From Bacteroidota bacterium (lineage in GTDB: Bacteria > Bacteroidota > Bacteroidia > NS11-12g > UBA955): 64,000 nucleotides of DNA. The DNA lies in the NCBI GenBank assembly GCA_030832905.1, contig JAURIG010000001.1, forward strand, positions 10,397-74,396, given 5' to 3'. Below, in pieces: positions 18,545-27,384 of this stretch (position 1 is the first letter of the stretch; each line of letters starts with the position of its first letter). The translations under genes were made by a program, and so were the position numbers. The notes beneath the pieces were generated by a model. That model did not search any database. It saw only the letters and a list, made by a program, of their open reading frames with translations, and was not told where the DNA came from.

Positions 18545-21097
18545 ATGAACTTTCAAAAACCAATCACCGCACTTTGCTTACTGCTTTGCATGCAGGTTAA
18601 TCTTGCAGAGGCGAAAAAGAAAAAGCCAGCAGAGCCTGTAAAACCAGCCAATCCTGTCGCAAGCATTGCTGACAAAGTTAAAAAATGTAAAAAAATCGAA
18701 GGCCTGTTCACATTGTACAGAGATACCACAAACGGGTCTATGATGATGTTGGTTAAACGCAGTCAATTCAACAAAGAGTTTATTTATTTTAGTTATGTTG
18801 AAAATGGCAACACCACCACAGGCCATAATAAAGGCACATTCAGAGACAATAAAGTCTTTACAATTAATAGATATTTCAATCAAATCGAATTCACGACTCA
18901 AAACACCAACTTCTTTTTTGACCCTCAAAACGCAATCGCTAAAGCTAAAGATGCCAACATTACCAACGCTGTTATGGCTAGTGAAAAAATCGTTGTTGCA
19001 GACGAAGCTAAAGGGGAATATTTAATTGAGGCAGACAATCTCTTTTTATCTGAAGCCTTATACCAAATCAAACAAAGTAGTTTTTTCCCAGGCATGTTTA
19101 ATCTTGGTCAATTGAGCAGAAGCAAAACCAAATACCAACAGGTAAAAAACTACCCTGAAAACACAGATGTAGTTGTAAAATACGTTTATGATGACCCATC
19201 TTCCAGAGGCAGCAGCAGCGATGCCATTACAGATGGCCGTTATATGGAAATCTTATTACAACACAGTTTCATTGAGATGCCTAAAAACAATTTTAAGCCG
19301 CGCTTAGATGATCCTAGAGTAGGTTATTTTTTAACTCAAGTGAACGACATGACCACCACAGATGCATTGAACTATCGCGACTTGATTCACAAATGGGACT
19401 TGACTAAAAAAGACCCCAACGCAGCAGTTTCAGACCCTGTAAAACCAATTACATGGTGGATAGAAAACACCACTCCTAAAGATTTAAGACCAACCATTAA
19501 AGCGGCCATTTTACAATGGAATATTGCTTTTGAAAAGGCTGGATTCTCAAATGCTATAGAAATAAAAGAACAACCAGATGACGCCACTTGGGATGCAGGT
19601 GATATCCGATACAATGTATTGAGATGGACCAGTAGCCCAGAGCCTCCATTTGGTGGCTATGGCCCTAGTTTCGTCAATCCTAGAACAGGTGAGATTTTAG
19701 GTGCTGACATCATGTTTGAATGGGTATTTATTACCAACCGCTTAAAGTCCCAAAAAGTTTTTGATCAAGCTGGTCTTGATATGTTAATTGAAGCGTCTAA
19801 CGAGCACAAAGATTTAGGATATGCTTGTACTGCTGGTGATCAACTACACATGCAAAATTTATTGGGCCTTCAGGCTTTAACTGCACAGCATGCAAGTGAA
19901 GCAGAAGTTGATCAGTTTTTAAAAGAAGCCTTATACTATTTGGTATTACATGAAGTTGGTCACACCTTAGGGCTCAACCATAACATGAAGGCTACCCAAT
20001 TGCACAGTGTAAACGACCTATACGATATCAATAAAACCAAAGCAATAGGTTTAACGGGCAGCGTGATGGATTACCCTGCAGTAAATTTCAGCAACCGCAA
20101 AGGACAAAAATGCCAATACTATACTGACAGACCTGGACCATATGATATGTGGGCCATTGAATTTGGATACTACCAAGCCAAGGACTCAATTGAAGACCTT
20201 AAGACCAGAAAGCAAATCCTAAACAGAAGCACTGATCCTGCCTTGTGTTTTGGCAATGATGCAGACGACATGCGCGCCCCTGGAAAAGGCATAGACCCAA
20301 GAGTGATGATTGGTGACATGAGTAATGACGCAGTTAGTTTTGCCAAAGAACGCATTGAGTTAATCAAACAATTACAAAGTCAATTAATGAGTAATTATGG
20401 TCATTCAGACAGAAGCTACCATGAATTGAGAAGCAATTATTTGGTTCTGAGTGGGGAATGGGGCATCCAAGCAGGTGTGGTGTCTAGGTATATAGGCGGT
20501 GTATATGTAGACAGAAGCTATAGCAATCAGACAACGAATCAACAACCATTAACCGCTGTGCCATTAGCAACCCAAAAAGCAGCAATGAAACTCTTGACTG
20601 ATCAAGTATTTGCGCCAAATGCTATGGAGGTTCCAAAAGATTTGGCCAACTATTTACAAATGCAAAGAAGAGGATTTGACTTCTTTAGCTCAGGCGAAGA
20701 TCCAAAACTTCACAAACGCGTATTGAATATTCAAACTAGTGTTTTAACCCATATATTACATCCTAATACCTTACAAAGAATCACAGACAGTAAATTGTAT
20801 GGCAATCAATATGAATTATCTGATGTCTTTAGAGATTTGACCTCGGCTATTTTTGACGCTGACCTTAACACAGATGTCAATACTTATCGACAAAACCTAC
20901 AAGCTGAATATGTTGACTTTTTAGTATTCATCTATCAATCAGGTGTTTATGACGCTATTTCAAAATCTAAAGCACATGCTCAATTATTGTCAATTCAAAA
21001 ATCATTGACAGCCGTTTTACCTTCGTCGACAAAAAACAGTAAAGAGCATCGAAATTTCATACTTTCGTCGATAAAGTCTGCTTTTGACTCAAAGTAA
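18545..21097 (+). CDS. Secreted zinc-dependent metalloprotease (large Bacteroidetes DUF5117/DUF4953-type family)
   Basis: Signal peptide and the HEVGHTLGLNHN zincin motif. The 850-aa size fits this family. Confidence 0.8.
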   Translation: MNFQKPITALCLLLCMQVNLAEAKKKKPAEPVKPANPVASIADKVKKCKKIEGLFTLYRDTTNGSMMMLVKRSQFNKEFIYFSYVENGNTTTGHNKGTFRDNKVFTINRYFNQIEFTTQNTNFFFDPQNAIAKAKDANITNAVMASEKIVVADEAKGEYLIEADNLFLSEALYQIKQSSFFPGMFNLGQLSRSKTKYQQVKNYPENTDVVVKYVYDDPSSRGSSSDAITDGRYMEILLQHSFIEMPKNNFKPRLDDPRVGYFLTQVNDMTTTDALNYRDLIHKWDLTKKDPNAAVSDPVKPITWWIENTTPKDLRPTIKAAILQWNIAFEKAGFSNAIEIKEQPDDATWDAGDIRYNVLRWTSSPEPPFGGYGPSFVNPRTGEILGADIMFEWVFITNRLKSQKVFDQAGLDMLIEASNEHKDLGYACTAGDQLHMQNLLGLQALTAQHASEAEVDQFLKEALYYLVLHEVGHTLGLNHNMKATQLHSVNDLYDINKTKAIGLTGSVMDYPAVNFSNRKGQKCQYYTDRPGPYDMWAIEFGYYQAKDSIEDLKTRKQILNRSTDPALCFGNDADDMRAPGKGIDPRVMIGDMSNDAVSFAKERIELIKQLQSQLMSNYGHSDRSYHELRSNYLVLSGEWGIQAGVVSRYIGGVYVDRSYSNQTTNQQPLTAVPLATQKAAMKLLTDQVFAPNAMEVPKDLANYLQMQRRGFDFFSSGEDPKLHKRVLNIQTSVLTHILHPNTLQRITDSKLYGNQYELSDVFRDLTSAIFDADLNTDVNTYRQNLQAEYVDFLVFIYQSGVYDAISKSKAHAQLLSIQKSLTAVLPSSTKNSKEHRNFILSSIKSAFDSK

Positions 21098-21122
21098 GGT
21101 TTTTTAGACTATCCACAAAATA

Positions 21123-21164
21123 AAGCGCAATAAATTGTATATCAATTAGTTGCGCTTGTTTTTT
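21123..21164 (+). terminator. Putative rho-independent terminator after the metalloprotease gene
   Basis: 8-bp stem AAGCGCAA (21123-21130) / TTGCGCTT (21150-21157) followed by GTTTTTT. The 19-nt loop is large. Confidence 0.5.
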
Positions 21165-21236
21165 ACCACTGAAATTAACTTGCATTTTTTAATCCAAAGA
21201 GAATCTTGAAGTTTTGTTTCAAACGACAAAACAGAC

Positions 21237-21515
21237 ATGAGAATTTACATTGGAAACCTAAACTATCGATTAAGAACTGAAGAATTAAAGGAAGTATTTT
21301 TGGCCCATGGCGAAGTCATTGGAGCCAAAATAGTAAGAGACCCAGAAACCAAACGCAGCAAAGGTTTTGGATTTGTTGAAATGGCGAATGACGATGATGG
21401 CAACAAAGCCATTGAAGCATTAAATGGCACTGAACTAAGCGGTCGTAAAATGATTGTGACTATGGCTAAGCCTAGAGAGTTTAACAACTCTTCAGAAAAT
21501 CCTGCACAAGATTAA
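21237..21515 (+). CDS. RRM-type RNA-binding protein
   Basis: RNP-2 motif IYIGNL and RNP-1 motif KGFGFVEM in a 92-aa protein. Confidence 0.9.
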   Translation: MRIYIGNLNYRLRTEELKEVFLAHGEVIGAKIVRDPETKRSKGFGFVEMANDDDGNKAIEALNGTELSGRKMIVTMAKPREFNNSSENPAQD

Positions 21516-21539
21516 GCTCAGTTAAATGTTAATACTATT

Positions 21540-21570
21540 AAAGCGCTAAGGTAACGAGGCGCTTTTTTTT
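21540..21570. terminator. Putative bidirectional terminator between convergent genes
   Basis: Stem AAAGCGC (21540-21546) / GCGCTTT (21559-21565) with a 12-nt loop, followed by a T run to 21570. Confidence 0.45.
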
Positions 21571-21573
21571 GCG

Positions 21574-22446
21574 CTATAAATATTGCTTTTGAATCAAGAA
21601 TTGAAGCAACTCACCCAACTCTCCTTCTGACTTTAATTCAGTAGAATGAAATTTCATATCTTTATGCGTTAGTATATGCCAGTTATAGGTATTGTTGTCA
21701 TTTAAAACCTTTCCCCTTGAAGCGGTTGCAATCTCTGCCCCTAGGGCATTCATAATACTTAGTTGAAGAAGATCCCCTTGAGGACTCTGAACGATGTTCT
21801 CTTCCCAACGGGCAATGAGTTGACCATCTTGGGCCACCTGATCTTCAGAGTAGGTTAAGGGTGCTTGTAAATTGCGTTGTACAATATAACGTTTTTCATA
21901 GGGTACTTGTGCCGAATCAACTTTCAAAGGGATTTGCTTAGCAGATGCACCGTTCAAGGTCAAAAACAACTCTGCCTTTGTGGTATCTATTCCATTTGGA
22001 GTCATTAATTGGTATTTACAAACAGCAGATGCCAAATTGAACCAAGTAGGTTTTTTTACTGCTGAACAAGACATTGCTAAACTTGGGAACTGATAGTTGT
22101 AAAGGGTTTGTTTTTGAGCATTTTGATTAGAATCAATCAATAAGGCTCTATGCTTATCTGAGAAAGCCAACAATTCATAGCGCTCTTGGTTATTGACATT
22201 GACCAAGCGATGGGCAATGGCCACTGCCTTTCCTGAGCAAAACAAAGTATCTAAACCGATATAGGCAGATTGCTGTAATTTCAAGGCATTGTGTTGCTGA
22301 AGCTGCTTAACCTGAGCACTTTTTGGTTTACCAGCTAACGCATACAACTGAAAGAACAAAAGCCCAATAAGACTATAGAAAAACTTAGAAGGTTTTATAC
22401 TGTTTAAGATCCAAATGGTGCTTAGCGCTCGAAAATTCTTGTTCAT
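21574..22446 (-). CDS. Hypothetical secreted or membrane-anchored protein
   Basis: 290-aa track ORF with a hydrophobic N-terminal segment (FFYSLIGLLFFQLYALA). No family recognised. Its annotated 5' end overlaps the upstream ABC ATPase gene by 62 nt. Confidence 0.5.
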   Translation of the reverse strand: MNKNFRALSTIWILNSIKPSKFFYSLIGLLFFQLYALAGKPKSAQVKQLQQHNALKLQQSAYIGLDTLFCSGKAVAIAHRLVNVNNQERYELLAFSDKHRALLIDSNQNAQKQTLYNYQFPSLAMSCSAVKKPTWFNLASAVCKYQLMTPNGIDTTKAELFLTLNGASAKQIPLKVDSAQVPYEKRYIVQRNLQAPLTYSEDQVAQDGQLIARWEENIVQSPQGDLLQLSIMNALGAEIATASRGKVLNDNNTYNWHILTHKDMKFHSTELKSEGELGELLQFLIQKQYL

Positions 22447-22987
22447 AATTACCTGCTATGACGACAATTTTGTTGTTAAGGTTGTTAAGACAATTTTTGT
22501 ACCATAATTCACCGGCATGATCGATATTGCTAAGCGGCTCATCGAGCAATAGAATTGGTGAAGTACTACAAAAACAAAGGGCTGTTTTGAGTTTTTGTAA
22601 TTGCCCTGAAGACATGAACTGTATAGGGCTTTGTTTTGAGAACTTCAGTTGGGTATAGTCATAAAAGGCCTCTAGTGATAACTCAATTTTATTGGCTTTG
22701 CTATACAACTCATGAATTTCTTCGATGGAACATGACATAGGCAACTCCATATAAGGACCAGTATAGCTAAACAATTGATTGGCCTTAAAATCTGATTTCC
22801 CATCAATTACCACTTGGCCTTCGCTAGGCTCAATAAAGCCATAAATTATTTGCATGAGGGTAGATTTTCCAAAACCGTTCCCACCTTGAACAGAGAGCAC
22901 ATCGCCAGTTGTTAATGACATTTGCACATGACGGAACAACCAATGATTGGCATAACGTTTACCGATATCGATCAGTTGAAGTTCCAT
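22385..22987 (-). CDS. Small ABC-transporter ATP-binding protein (no permease gene nearby)
   Basis: Walker A GGNGFGKST, signature-like SSGQLQKL and Walker B ILLLDEP. The expected H-loop position reads VVIAGNYEQE, with no His. Confidence 0.8.
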   Translation of the reverse strand: MELQLIDIGKRYANHWLFRHVQMSLTTGDVLSVQGGNGFGKSTLMQIIYGFIEPSEGQVVIDGKSDFKANQLFSYTGPYMELPMSCSIEEIHELYSKANKIELSLEAFYDYTQLKFSKQSPIQFMSSGQLQKLKTALCFCSTSPILLLDEPLSNIDHAGELWYKNCLNNLNNKIVVIAGNYEQEFSSAKHHLDLKQYKTF

Positions 22988-23006
22988 GGCTACAATATTA
23001 CATGAA

Positions 23007-23684
23007 TTAAGGCTTTATGGCAACCGTCATTTCGCGTTTCCCGAATGCCCCAGGTGGATTATACACTTCAAACCCAATTTGTTTTAAATGTCTTTTAAAT
23101 TGTCCTTGTGCACAGTAGGTCACCAATCTGCCTTTGTGGGCCATTGATTCATAGAGCTTTTTAAAACAATCTATTTGCCATACTTCTGGTTGTTTGGAAG
23201 GGGCAAACGCATCAAAATAAACCAAATCAATAGGGCCATCAAAAGCCATTTGAGTTTTGCTTAAGTCTTCTAATTTCGATGGTATTAATTGAAATTGGAA
23301 CCCTGCTTGTATAGTCTGAACTTGCTCACTAGCCAACAAAGTAGGTAAACAACTTAAGTGCTTTGGCACTTGTTCAAAATGTTGGTAATAGGATGCTAAT
23401 AATGGCAAGCTCAACAAATAAGGCTCTAATGACATCATCCGAATCGAGTGTTGTTCTGAAGTCGCTTCAAGGCTTAGCAGAACATTTAATCCAGTACCGA
23501 ATCCAACTTCAAGTATAGTTAAAGAAGATGCCTCAGATAATTTTGGCAAAAGACCATTTTGAATATACACATGCCAACTCTCCCCTAAGGCGCCTTTATT
23601 GGAATGATAGGTTTCTAGTAAGCCTGGCAAATACAATGTAGCACTGCCATCTTCTGTCCCTTGAATTTGAATGTCTTGCAGCAA
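23007..23684 (-). CDS. mnmD: tRNA (mnm5s2U34) methyltransferase, MnmC-methyltransferase-domain type (MnmD)
   Basis: SAM-binding motif ILEVGFGTGLN and the YFDAFAP motif typical of the MnmC C-terminal/MnmD family. Confidence 0.7.
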   Translation of the reverse strand: MLQDIQIQGTEDGSATLYLPGLLETYHSNKGALGESWHVYIQNGLLPKLSEASSLTILEVGFGTGLNVLLSLEATSEQHSIRMMSLEPYLLSLPLLASYYQHFEQVPKHLSCLPTLLASEQVQTIQAGFQFQLIPSKLEDLSKTQMAFDGPIDLVYFDAFAPSKQPEVWQIDCFKKLYESMAHKGRLVTYCAQGQFKRHLKQIGFEVYNPPGAFGKREMTVAIKP

Positions 23685-23689
23685 ATTGA

Positions 23690-24388
23690 TTACTTGGCTG
23701 GTCTTACGGTTCTTTGCTCAATGCGTTTTTCGTAGTCTTGACCTTTAAAAATCCTGTGAACGTAAATTCCTGGTGTATGAATGTCATTGGGATTTAATTC
23801 GCCGGCTGGCAATAATTCTTCCACTTCTGCAATGGTAATCTTACCGGCCATGGCCATTAATGGATTAAAATTTCTAGCTGAATCTTTAAATATCAAGTTG
23901 CCATGTGTATCGCCTTTCCAAGCTTTTACAATAGCAAAATCTGCATCGAAAGCATGTTCTAATAAATAGGTTTTGCCGTTGAACACTCTAGTTTCTTTGC
24001 CAATAGACACTTCAGTACCAACCCCTGCTGGTGTGTATACCGCTGGCATACCATAACCCGCAGCCATGCATCGAGTAGCTAAAGTGCCTTGTGGGATCAA
24101 TTCAACTTCAAGTTCACCAGACAACAATTGACGTTCAAACTCTGCATTCTCGCCAACGTAAGAAGAAATCATTTTCTTAACCTGTTTGGTTTGCAACATC
24201 AGACCAATGCCAAAATCATCAACACCAGCATTGTTGCTTATACAAGTTAAGTCTTTGCTACCTTTTTTTACCAAGGCAGCAATACAATTTTCAGGAATAC
24301 CACATAATCCAAAGCCGCCTAACATAATCACAGCGCCATCTTGAATGTCTTTTATAGCTTCTTCTGCATTGGCTACTACTTTATTCAT
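23690..24388 (-). CDS. scoA: 3-oxoacid CoA-transferase subunit A
   Basis: [15 protein letters not shown]..., ISNNAG and [15 protein letters not shown] are typical of SCOT/AtoD subunit A. No subunit B gene lies in the window. Confidence 0.85.
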   Translation of the reverse strand: MNKVVANAEEAIKDIQDGAVIMLGGFGLCGIPENCIAALVKKGSKDLTCISNNAGVDDFGIGLMLQTKQVKKMISSYVGENAEFERQLLSGELEVELIPQGTLATRCMAAGYGMPAVYTPAGVGTEVSIGKETRVFNGKTYLLEHAFDADFAIVKAWKGDTHGNLIFKDSARNFNPLMAMAGKITIAEVEELLPAGELNPNDIHTPGIYVHRIFKGQDYEKRIEQRTVRPAK

Positions 24389-24432
24389 ACCGCGAAGATA
24401 ATTAGTTTATTCTTATTTATTTCAGTACTGCA

Positions 24433-25350
24433 TTATTTGTAAGCATGTGCAATACTCGCCCCTATTTCCATACCCCAGGCTATACCAATATGCACGAAAA
24501 TACCACCTAAAATTGATTGACTATAAAAGCTCATTACCCCTAAAAGACTGCCTCCAAAAAATGAACTGATGGCTTCTCCTGTAGGTTTCCCGTAATGAAT
24601 AGACATATACATTAATGACATGGGCAAGACTGCATATATACCAACATAGCGAATAAACGCTATGACCATAAAACCTCTAAAAAACAACTCTATAGAAACA
24701 AAATCAAGCCCGTAAAACAATTCATACAAACACAAATCAAGCCAAGTACCGCCCACTTCAAGCACTTTATTGGCTCTTGGATAGTAACTTAAAAACGATT
24801 GATTACAAGCAGCCAATGCAATCAGTGGCAACATAGCTAACAGCATGTAGGCATACAATTTATATTGCGACTTCAAGGGTTTTAAACCGTAAAAACACTG
24901 ATGTTCTGATTCATGCACAAGCCAAATTACAAAGACCGGCACAATACAATATAAGGCCCTGAACACATTGTTAAACACCCTGAATTTTAACAGCGCCTGC
25001 TCTGCACCAAAAACGGATTCAATCCACCACCCGTGATAAGTAAAACAAGCTCTAAAGGCAAACAACAAACAGGCTAAAAGCCAAAGCGTATGCATGCGCC
25101 ATTGGGCCTTTATCCCGCTTAAATTGATATTTGGCAAGACTATACACAAACCAACATAAACGTGAATGGCATACATCAGAAAGAAACCAGCTAGACTCGG
25201 CCAAAAATCAAGTTGATGCAATTGTTTTTCAATGTGATAGTAATGATTTAAACCGACACTGAGAGCAGCAAAAGCCAGTAACAATAAACCTTGTGTTAGA
25301 GAGAATGCCCTGAGGTAATTTTTCAATTCTCCTATTAAATCCTTAATCAT
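24433..25350 (-). CDS. CPBP-family (CAAX/Abi) intramembrane glutamic endopeptidase
   Basis: Polytopic membrane protein carrying the IELFFRGF motif and a distal FVHIGIAW His motif. Its start overlaps the upstream gene's stop as ATGA. Confidence 0.7.
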   Translation of the reverse strand: MIKDLIGELKNYLRAFSLTQGLLLLAFAALSVGLNHYYHIEKQLHQLDFWPSLAGFFLMYAIHVYVGLCIVLPNINLSGIKAQWRMHTLWLLACLLFAFRACFTYHGWWIESVFGAEQALLKFRVFNNVFRALYCIVPVFVIWLVHESEHQCFYGLKPLKSQYKLYAYMLLAMLPLIALAACNQSFLSYYPRANKVLEVGGTWLDLCLYELFYGLDFVSIELFFRGFMVIAFIRYVGIYAVLPMSLMYMSIHYGKPTGEAISSFFGGSLLGVMSFYSQSILGGIFVHIGIAWGMEIGASIAHAYK

Positions 25351-26333
25351 GACAGCATTAAACTACACCCTCGGGTATCACTATAATCCATTCTACCTAA
25401 GACTTCAAAACAGCCATTGGCGTGTTTTTTACCTAGGTCAGATGTTTCAATAAACGCACAAGAATTGAAATTGGCTAAATCCACAATATTGATGGCCCCA
25501 TGTTGCTCTGGCCCTAAAACTGAAAAGGGATCATTCATCTCTCTGATTTGAATCCTCATCCAAGGTGGGCAGAGTAATTGACCATTGGCTTTTGAATAGG
25601 CTTGAGACATGAGTTCAGTCATACCATATTCTGTAGCTATGCTTGTTGTTTTAAACGCGCTACACAATTCGCTATGTAATGCTTGCCTAGTGATTTCCTT
25701 GCGACGGCCTTTCATGCCTCCTGTTTCAATGATAATGCAATGCGACAAATCAACTGAATGAGACTCTGCTAAATCAAGCAAAGCAAATGTAACGCCCCAT
25801 AAAATAGTAGGAATTTGACGACGCTTGTTGACCTGGATTTGCTTCAATAAAGCGGCACAATCATACAAATAAAACTGTGAGCCTAAGGCGAGTGTACTTT
25901 GAACAAAGTGATTGACTTGCACAATTAAAGAGGAGTTGGATCGCTCCAAATAATTCGGCAATAAACCCAAATGAGCGTATTGTTGGTAAGCGCCAAAATG
26001 AAAGTCAAAAGCAGCGGTAAACACCTGTTTATACCATGACAAGTCTTTAACGAAGTGTTTACTAACGCCTATACCTGTAGTTGAACTGCTTTCAAAAACC
26101 GTTTCAGCTTCAAAAGCGCCGCTTGAAACTTGGTGCTGTTTAAAAAAAGCAATGGGCAAATAGGGGATTTGATTGAAATCAAGTACTTTTGAACGATCGA
26201 ATGACAAGTGATTGAGGTAATGCCTATACACCGAGCAATGTTCATATTGATAAGCAAAAACCTCTAAGGCGACTGCTTCAAATTGCTCAGCTTGCAGATG
26301 CAATAATTGACTTTGCCATTCGCGCACAGACAT
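25347..26333 (-). CDS. LuxE/PaaK-like acyl-adenylate-forming enzyme (acyl-protein synthetase family)
   Basis: The SSSTTG motif (an AMP-binding-like SSGTTG variant), ETGGMKGRRKE, and the overall 328-aa layout are typical of Bacteroidetes LuxE-like proteins. Confidence 0.7.
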   Translation of the reverse strand: MSVREWQSQLLHLQAEQFEAVALEVFAYQYEHCSVYRHYLNHLSFDRSKVLDFNQIPYLPIAFFKQHQVSSGAFEAETVFESSSTTGIGVSKHFVKDLSWYKQVFTAAFDFHFGAYQQYAHLGLLPNYLERSNSSLIVQVNHFVQSTLALGSQFYLYDCAALLKQIQVNKRRQIPTILWGVTFALLDLAESHSVDLSHCIIIETGGMKGRRKEITRQALHSELCSAFKTTSIATEYGMTELMSQAYSKANGQLLCPPWMRIQIREMNDPFSVLGPEQHGAINIVDLANFNSCAFIETSDLGKKHANGCFEVLGRMDYSDTRGCSLMLS

Positions 26334-26847
26334 GGTTCAAAAATATATCAAAATATTTGGTTTTTTAGTATTGGCTGCTTGCCAGACCACTGAATTTAAT
26401 TTTCCCAAGGAACCTGTGATCAGCTTAAACGAAAGTCCTAAACAATTCCAATTAAACGGCAAAGACTCAGCTGTTGAAATCAGTTTTCATTATACCGATG
26501 GCGATGGCGACATTGGTTTGTCTTCTGCAGATACTACAGCCCCATTCAATTACGGCAGCCCTTATTTTTACAATTTATTGGTAAGTGTTTACCGAGTCGA
26601 CAATGGTGTTGCGCAGAAAATTGCAATTCCTTTAAGCAACGATACGGTTAACTTTAATGACCGCATTGACAACATTACCCCTACAGGAAAAAACAAAGCC
26701 ATTTTTGGCGATATTACCCTAAAAATTAAAGCACTACCCTATCCAGGCATTCAACCTGATTCAATGTATTATACCATACAAATCATTGATAGGCAATTAC
26801 ACGTTAGCAATCTTTTACAGACGCCAACATTAAAATTTAACTTCTAA
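26332..26847 (+). CDS. Hypothetical lipoprotein
   Basis: Lipobox FLVLAAC near the N-terminus of a 171-aa protein. No family recognised. Confidence 0.5.
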   Translation: MVQKYIKIFGFLVLAACQTTEFNFPKEPVISLNESPKQFQLNGKDSAVEISFHYTDGDGDIGLSSADTTAPFNYGSPYFYNLLVSVYRVDNGVAQKIAIPLSNDTVNFNDRIDNITPTGKNKAIFGDITLKIKALPYPGIQPDSMYYTIQIIDRQLHVSNLLQTPTLKFNF

Positions 26848-27384
26848 TTAGAATTTGTTCTTCCACATCATACTCTCAACAGGACGTATGGTGCGGGTGT
26901 TGTATTTGGCATTTTTCTTTTTGTTGTACATGGTTTTAACTTCACCATTCACTACAAAATAGATCAATTGCCCTATTGGCATACCAGCATATACTCTTAC
27001 TGGTTGAGAAACGCTGATTTCAAGCGTCCAAGTATTGCAAAAACCAATATCGCCTTTACCAGCCGTGGCATGAATATCTATACCTAAACGACCTGTGCTG
27101 CTTTTGCCTTCTAAAAAAGGTACATGGTTATGGGTTTCAGTGTATTCTTCTGTTACACCCAAATACAAAGTGCCTGGTTGTAAAACAAAGCCCTCTTGTG
27201 GAATTTCAAAATGATCAATTTTATTGTGAGCTTTCGCATCAAGCACTCTGTCTTTGTAGGTGGCTAAGTAACGACCTAAATGCACATCATAGCTATTTGT
27301 GCCTAAACAATCTGCTCTAAATGGTTCAATTAAAATGGATCCTTTTTCAATCTCATCGAGTATTTGGTAATCTGTTAAAATCAT
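26848..27384 (-). CDS. dcd: dCTP deaminase
   Basis: MILTDYQILDEIEKGSILIEPF...GTNSYDVHLG...GKSSTGRLGI is typical of Dcd. I set the start to ATG 27384-27382, which overlaps the WD40 gene's stop as ATGA. Confidence 0.9.
   Translation of the reverse strand: MILTDYQILDEIEKGSILIEPFRADCLGTNSYDVHLGRYLATYKDRVLDAKAHNKIDHFEIPQEGFVLQPGTLYLGVTEEYTETHNHVPFLEGKSSTGRLGIDIHATAGKGDIGFCNTWTLEISVSQPVRVYAGMPIGQLIYFVVNGEVKTMYNKKKNAKYNTRTIRPVESMMWKNKF

Noticed and set aside
21109-21117. DnaA-box-like sequence CTATCCACA
   Set aside because: It is a single 8/9 match with no cluster of boxes, no adjacent AT-rich unwinding element and no dnaA or dnaN nearby, so it is not an origin.
23690-24388. scoA without scoB, considered as a decayed operon or pseudogene
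   Set aside because: The ORF is full length with intact family motifs. Subunit B may be encoded elsewhere in the genome, and this cannot be decided from the window.
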